Position numbers and translations under genes: made by a program
The notes under the pieces: generated by a model
The model's input: the letters and a program-made list of their open reading frames with translations, nothing else
Database searches by the model: none
What the model was told of the DNA's origin: nothing
Shown: positions 62,273-64,000 of the stretch, one piece after another
How positions within the stretch are numbered: the first letter of the stretch is position 1
Layout: each line of letters opens with the position of its first letter
NCBI GenBank assembly: GCA_900314585.1
Contig: OMVV01000003.1
Span: 3,728 to 67,727, forward strand
Length of the DNA stretch: 64,000 nt
Direction of reading: 5' to 3'
Source: an uncultured Erysipelotrichaceae bacterium
GTDB lineage: Bacteria > Bacillota_I > Bacilli_A > RFN20 > CAG-826

Positions 62273-63171
62273 TGCAATTAGTTATTTTAGCAGCCGGAAT
62301 GGGTAGCCGTTTCGGTGGTTTAAAGCAGATGGAACCAATGGACGAAGCTGGCAACTTCCTTTTAGACTACTCTGTCTACGATGCGAAAGTTGCGGGTTTT
62401 GATTCCGTTGTCTTCATTATTAAGAAAGAATTTTACGAAGCTTTTAGAGATTCGATTGGTAAACGTGTTTCTAAACTCATTAAAGTTGATTACGCTTTCC
62501 AAGATTTAAATGACTTACCAGCTGGATTTAAGTGTCCTGAAGGTCGTGAAAAACCTTGGGGAACTGCTCATGCGATTTACGCGGCAAGAGAATTCATCAA
62601 AGATGATTTCATTATCATCAATGGTGATGACTTCTATGGTCGTGATGCCTTTGTTGTGGCGGCAGATTACATCCGTTCCTTGCCAAAAGGTTCAAAAGGT
62701 AAATATGCGAACGTCGCTTTCAAAGTTTGCAATACAATGACCGAAAATGGTTCAGTTAAACGTGGCGTCTGTTTTGAGAAAAATGGTATGTTACAACGTT
62801 TAGTGGAATCTTCAATTTCTCGTAATGAGCAAGGCAAGATTATCTCTGCTCCACTTGATGGCAGTGAACCATTCGAAGTTAAAGAAGATCAACCAGTTTC
62901 AATGAATCTCTTTGTTTTTAACAAAGATTTAATGGATCGTCTCAATGAGAAATTCCCACTTTGGTTAAAACAAAACATTGGTGATCTTAAGGCTGAATTC
63001 TTAATTCCAACCGTTGTCGATGAACTTGTTCATGAAGGTAAAGCAACCTTAAAACTTCTTTCAACCTCCTCAGTGTGGTTTGGAGTGACTTATCGCGAAG
63101 ATAAGCCAGGTGTTGTTAAAGCCCTCAAGGCGCTCGTCGATAAAGGCGAATATAAAGCCGGACTTTATTAA
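62272..63171 (+). CDS. sugar-phosphate nucleotidyltransferase family protein
   Basis: N-terminal LAAGMGSRFGGLKQ NTP-binding loop and INGDD motif; taATG overlap with lemA. Confidence 0.75.
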   Translation: MQLVILAAGMGSRFGGLKQMEPMDEAGNFLLDYSVYDAKVAGFDSVVFIIKKEFYEAFRDSIGKRVSKLIKVDYAFQDLNDLPAGFKCPEGREKPWGTAHAIYAAREFIKDDFIIINGDDFYGRDAFVVAADYIRSLPKGSKGKYANVAFKVCNTMTENGSVKRGVCFEKNGMLQRLVESSISRNEQGKIISAPLDGSEPFEVKEDQPVSMNLFVFNKDLMDRLNEKFPLWLKQNIGDLKAEFLIPTVVDELVHEGKATLKLLSTSSVWFGVTYREDKPGVVKALKALVDKGEYKAGLY

Positions 63172-63191
63172 TTAAAAGTCAATTATGAACT

Positions 63192-63221
63192 GGAGAGACA
63201 ATGTCTCTCCTTTTCTTTTTT
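63192..63221 (+). terminator. rho-independent terminator
   Basis: 8-bp stem ggagagac/gtctctcc, 3-nt loop, ttttctttttt. Confidence 0.8.
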
Positions 63222-63237
63222 CTTTGTCTAGTTTTCC

Positions 63238-63268
63238 CTTTACTACGTAAAATGTAAAGTCTTTTTTT
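63238..63268 (+). terminator. possible second (tandem) terminator hairpin
   Basis: ctttac-(10 nt)-gtaaag followed by tcttttttt. Confidence 0.35.
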
Positions 63269-63310
63269 CGGCCAATATATTTAGTAAAATATTGACGAAA
63301 GGATTTTATT

Positions 63311-64000
63311 ATGGATCAAAAATACGTTAAGGAATTTGAACCAGGCTTTTCTCCATTAACCGTCACCGAAGAAGCAGCAAGATGTCTTCTTTGTTTAGAC
63401 GCTCCATGTTCAAAAGCTTGTCCTGCTGGAACTAGCCCAGATTTGTTTATTCGCTCGGTTAGATTCCGCAATTTTAAAGGCGCTGCCGAAACAATTCGTG
63501 AAAACAACGCTTTGGGTGCAATTTGTGCAAGAGTGTGCCCAACTGAAAAATATTGTCAAAAAGGTTGCTCAAGAAGTGGTATTGATCGTCCAATCGATAT
63601 TGGTCGTATTCAACGCTACGTCACCGACTTTGAAGAAAGTGTTGGTATGAACATTCTTGAACCAGGCAAAGATAATGGCAAATCCGTTGCTTTAGTTGGT
63701 TCAGGTCCAGCTGCTCTTCAAGCGGCGGTCTCATTTAAGAGAATGGGCTACAAAGTAGACGTGTATGAAAAAGAAAAAGTTTTAGGCGGTATGCTTAGAC
63801 TTATTCCTGAATACCGTTTACCAGATAGAATTGTCGATGTTGAAATTAAGCGCATCGAAAAATTAGGTGTGAAATTCCACACTGGCGTGAACGTTGGTAA
63901 AGACGTTTCCGTCGAAGAACTTAAAAAGAATCATGATGCAGTTGTCTTAGCTCCAGGTTATAGCTATGGCAAGATGCTTCCAATGTTCGAAGGTAACAAA
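63311..64000 (+). CDS. GltD/PreT-family Fe-S flavoprotein oxidoreductase (glutamate-synthase small-subunit-like); 3' end off the window
   Basis: My translation from ATG 63311: MDQKYVKEFEPGF..CLLCLDAPCSKACP..CARVCPTEKYCQKGC (two Fe-S Cys clusters), then VALVGSGPAALQAA Rossmann motif. Open-ended, so not in the ORF track. Confidence 0.75.
   Translation, partial: MDQKYVKEFEPGFSPLTVTEEAARCLLCLDAPCSKACPAGTSPDLFIRSVRFRNFKGAAETIRENNALGAICARVCPTEKYCQKGCSRSGIDRPIDIGRIQRYVTDFEESVGMNILEPGKDNGKSVALVGSGPAALQAAVSFKRMGYKVDVYEKEKVLGGMLRLIPEYRLPDRIVDVEIKRIEKLGVKFHTGVNVGKDVSVEELKKNHDAVVLAPGYSYGKMLPMFEGNK

Overview
Chromosomal core region of a low-GC Bacillota/Mollicutes-like bacterium. Gene order is Acholeplasma-/Erysipelotrichia-like, and TGA is clearly a stop, so the standard code 11 applies. 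I count about 75 protein genes and found no rRNA, tRNA, CRISPR array or IS element. Left and middle: a partial YumC-type ferredoxin-NADP reductase, tsaE-tsaB-rimI-tsaD, asnS, an unassigned 3-gene membrane operon with a divergent thioredoxin-fold lipoprotein, pcrA-ligA-gatCAB-galE, and pgcA plus a lipoprotein. Next comes an anaerobic RNR module: nrdD fused to a CPNC glutaredoxin-like domain, a TrxR homologue lacking NADPH motifs, and nrdG. After folD there is an asymmetric heterodimeric ABC exporter coupled to a Ser-rich lipoprotein, and a membrane protein coupled to a RimK-type ATP-grasp ligase. These are followed by cobB, DJ-1, eno, pip, add, pepC and a tightly overlapping gpmA-mazG-prs-tgt-queA-queH-(tandem plsC) string. 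Right: the complete S10-spc-alpha ribosomal superoperon (rpsJ..rplQ with secY, adk, map, infA, rpmJ, rpoA), with no rpmD. In it, L3, L22, S17, L5 and S5 carry 45-90 aa Ala/Lys/Glu/Pro- or Arg-rich extensions. The superoperon is followed not by the usual ecfA-ecfA'-ecfT-truA but by a terminator-bounded, apparently leaderless operon: an unknown 591-aa membrane-anchored protein, LemA and a nucleotidyltransferase. A partial GltD/PreT-like oxidoreductase ends the window. The best candidates for novelty are the self-contained thiol-reductant RNR module, the unknown-protein/LemA/NTase operon, the unassigned membrane trio, the tandem-PlsC fusion and the ribosomal-protein extensions. All calls rest on reading the translations; no database search was run.
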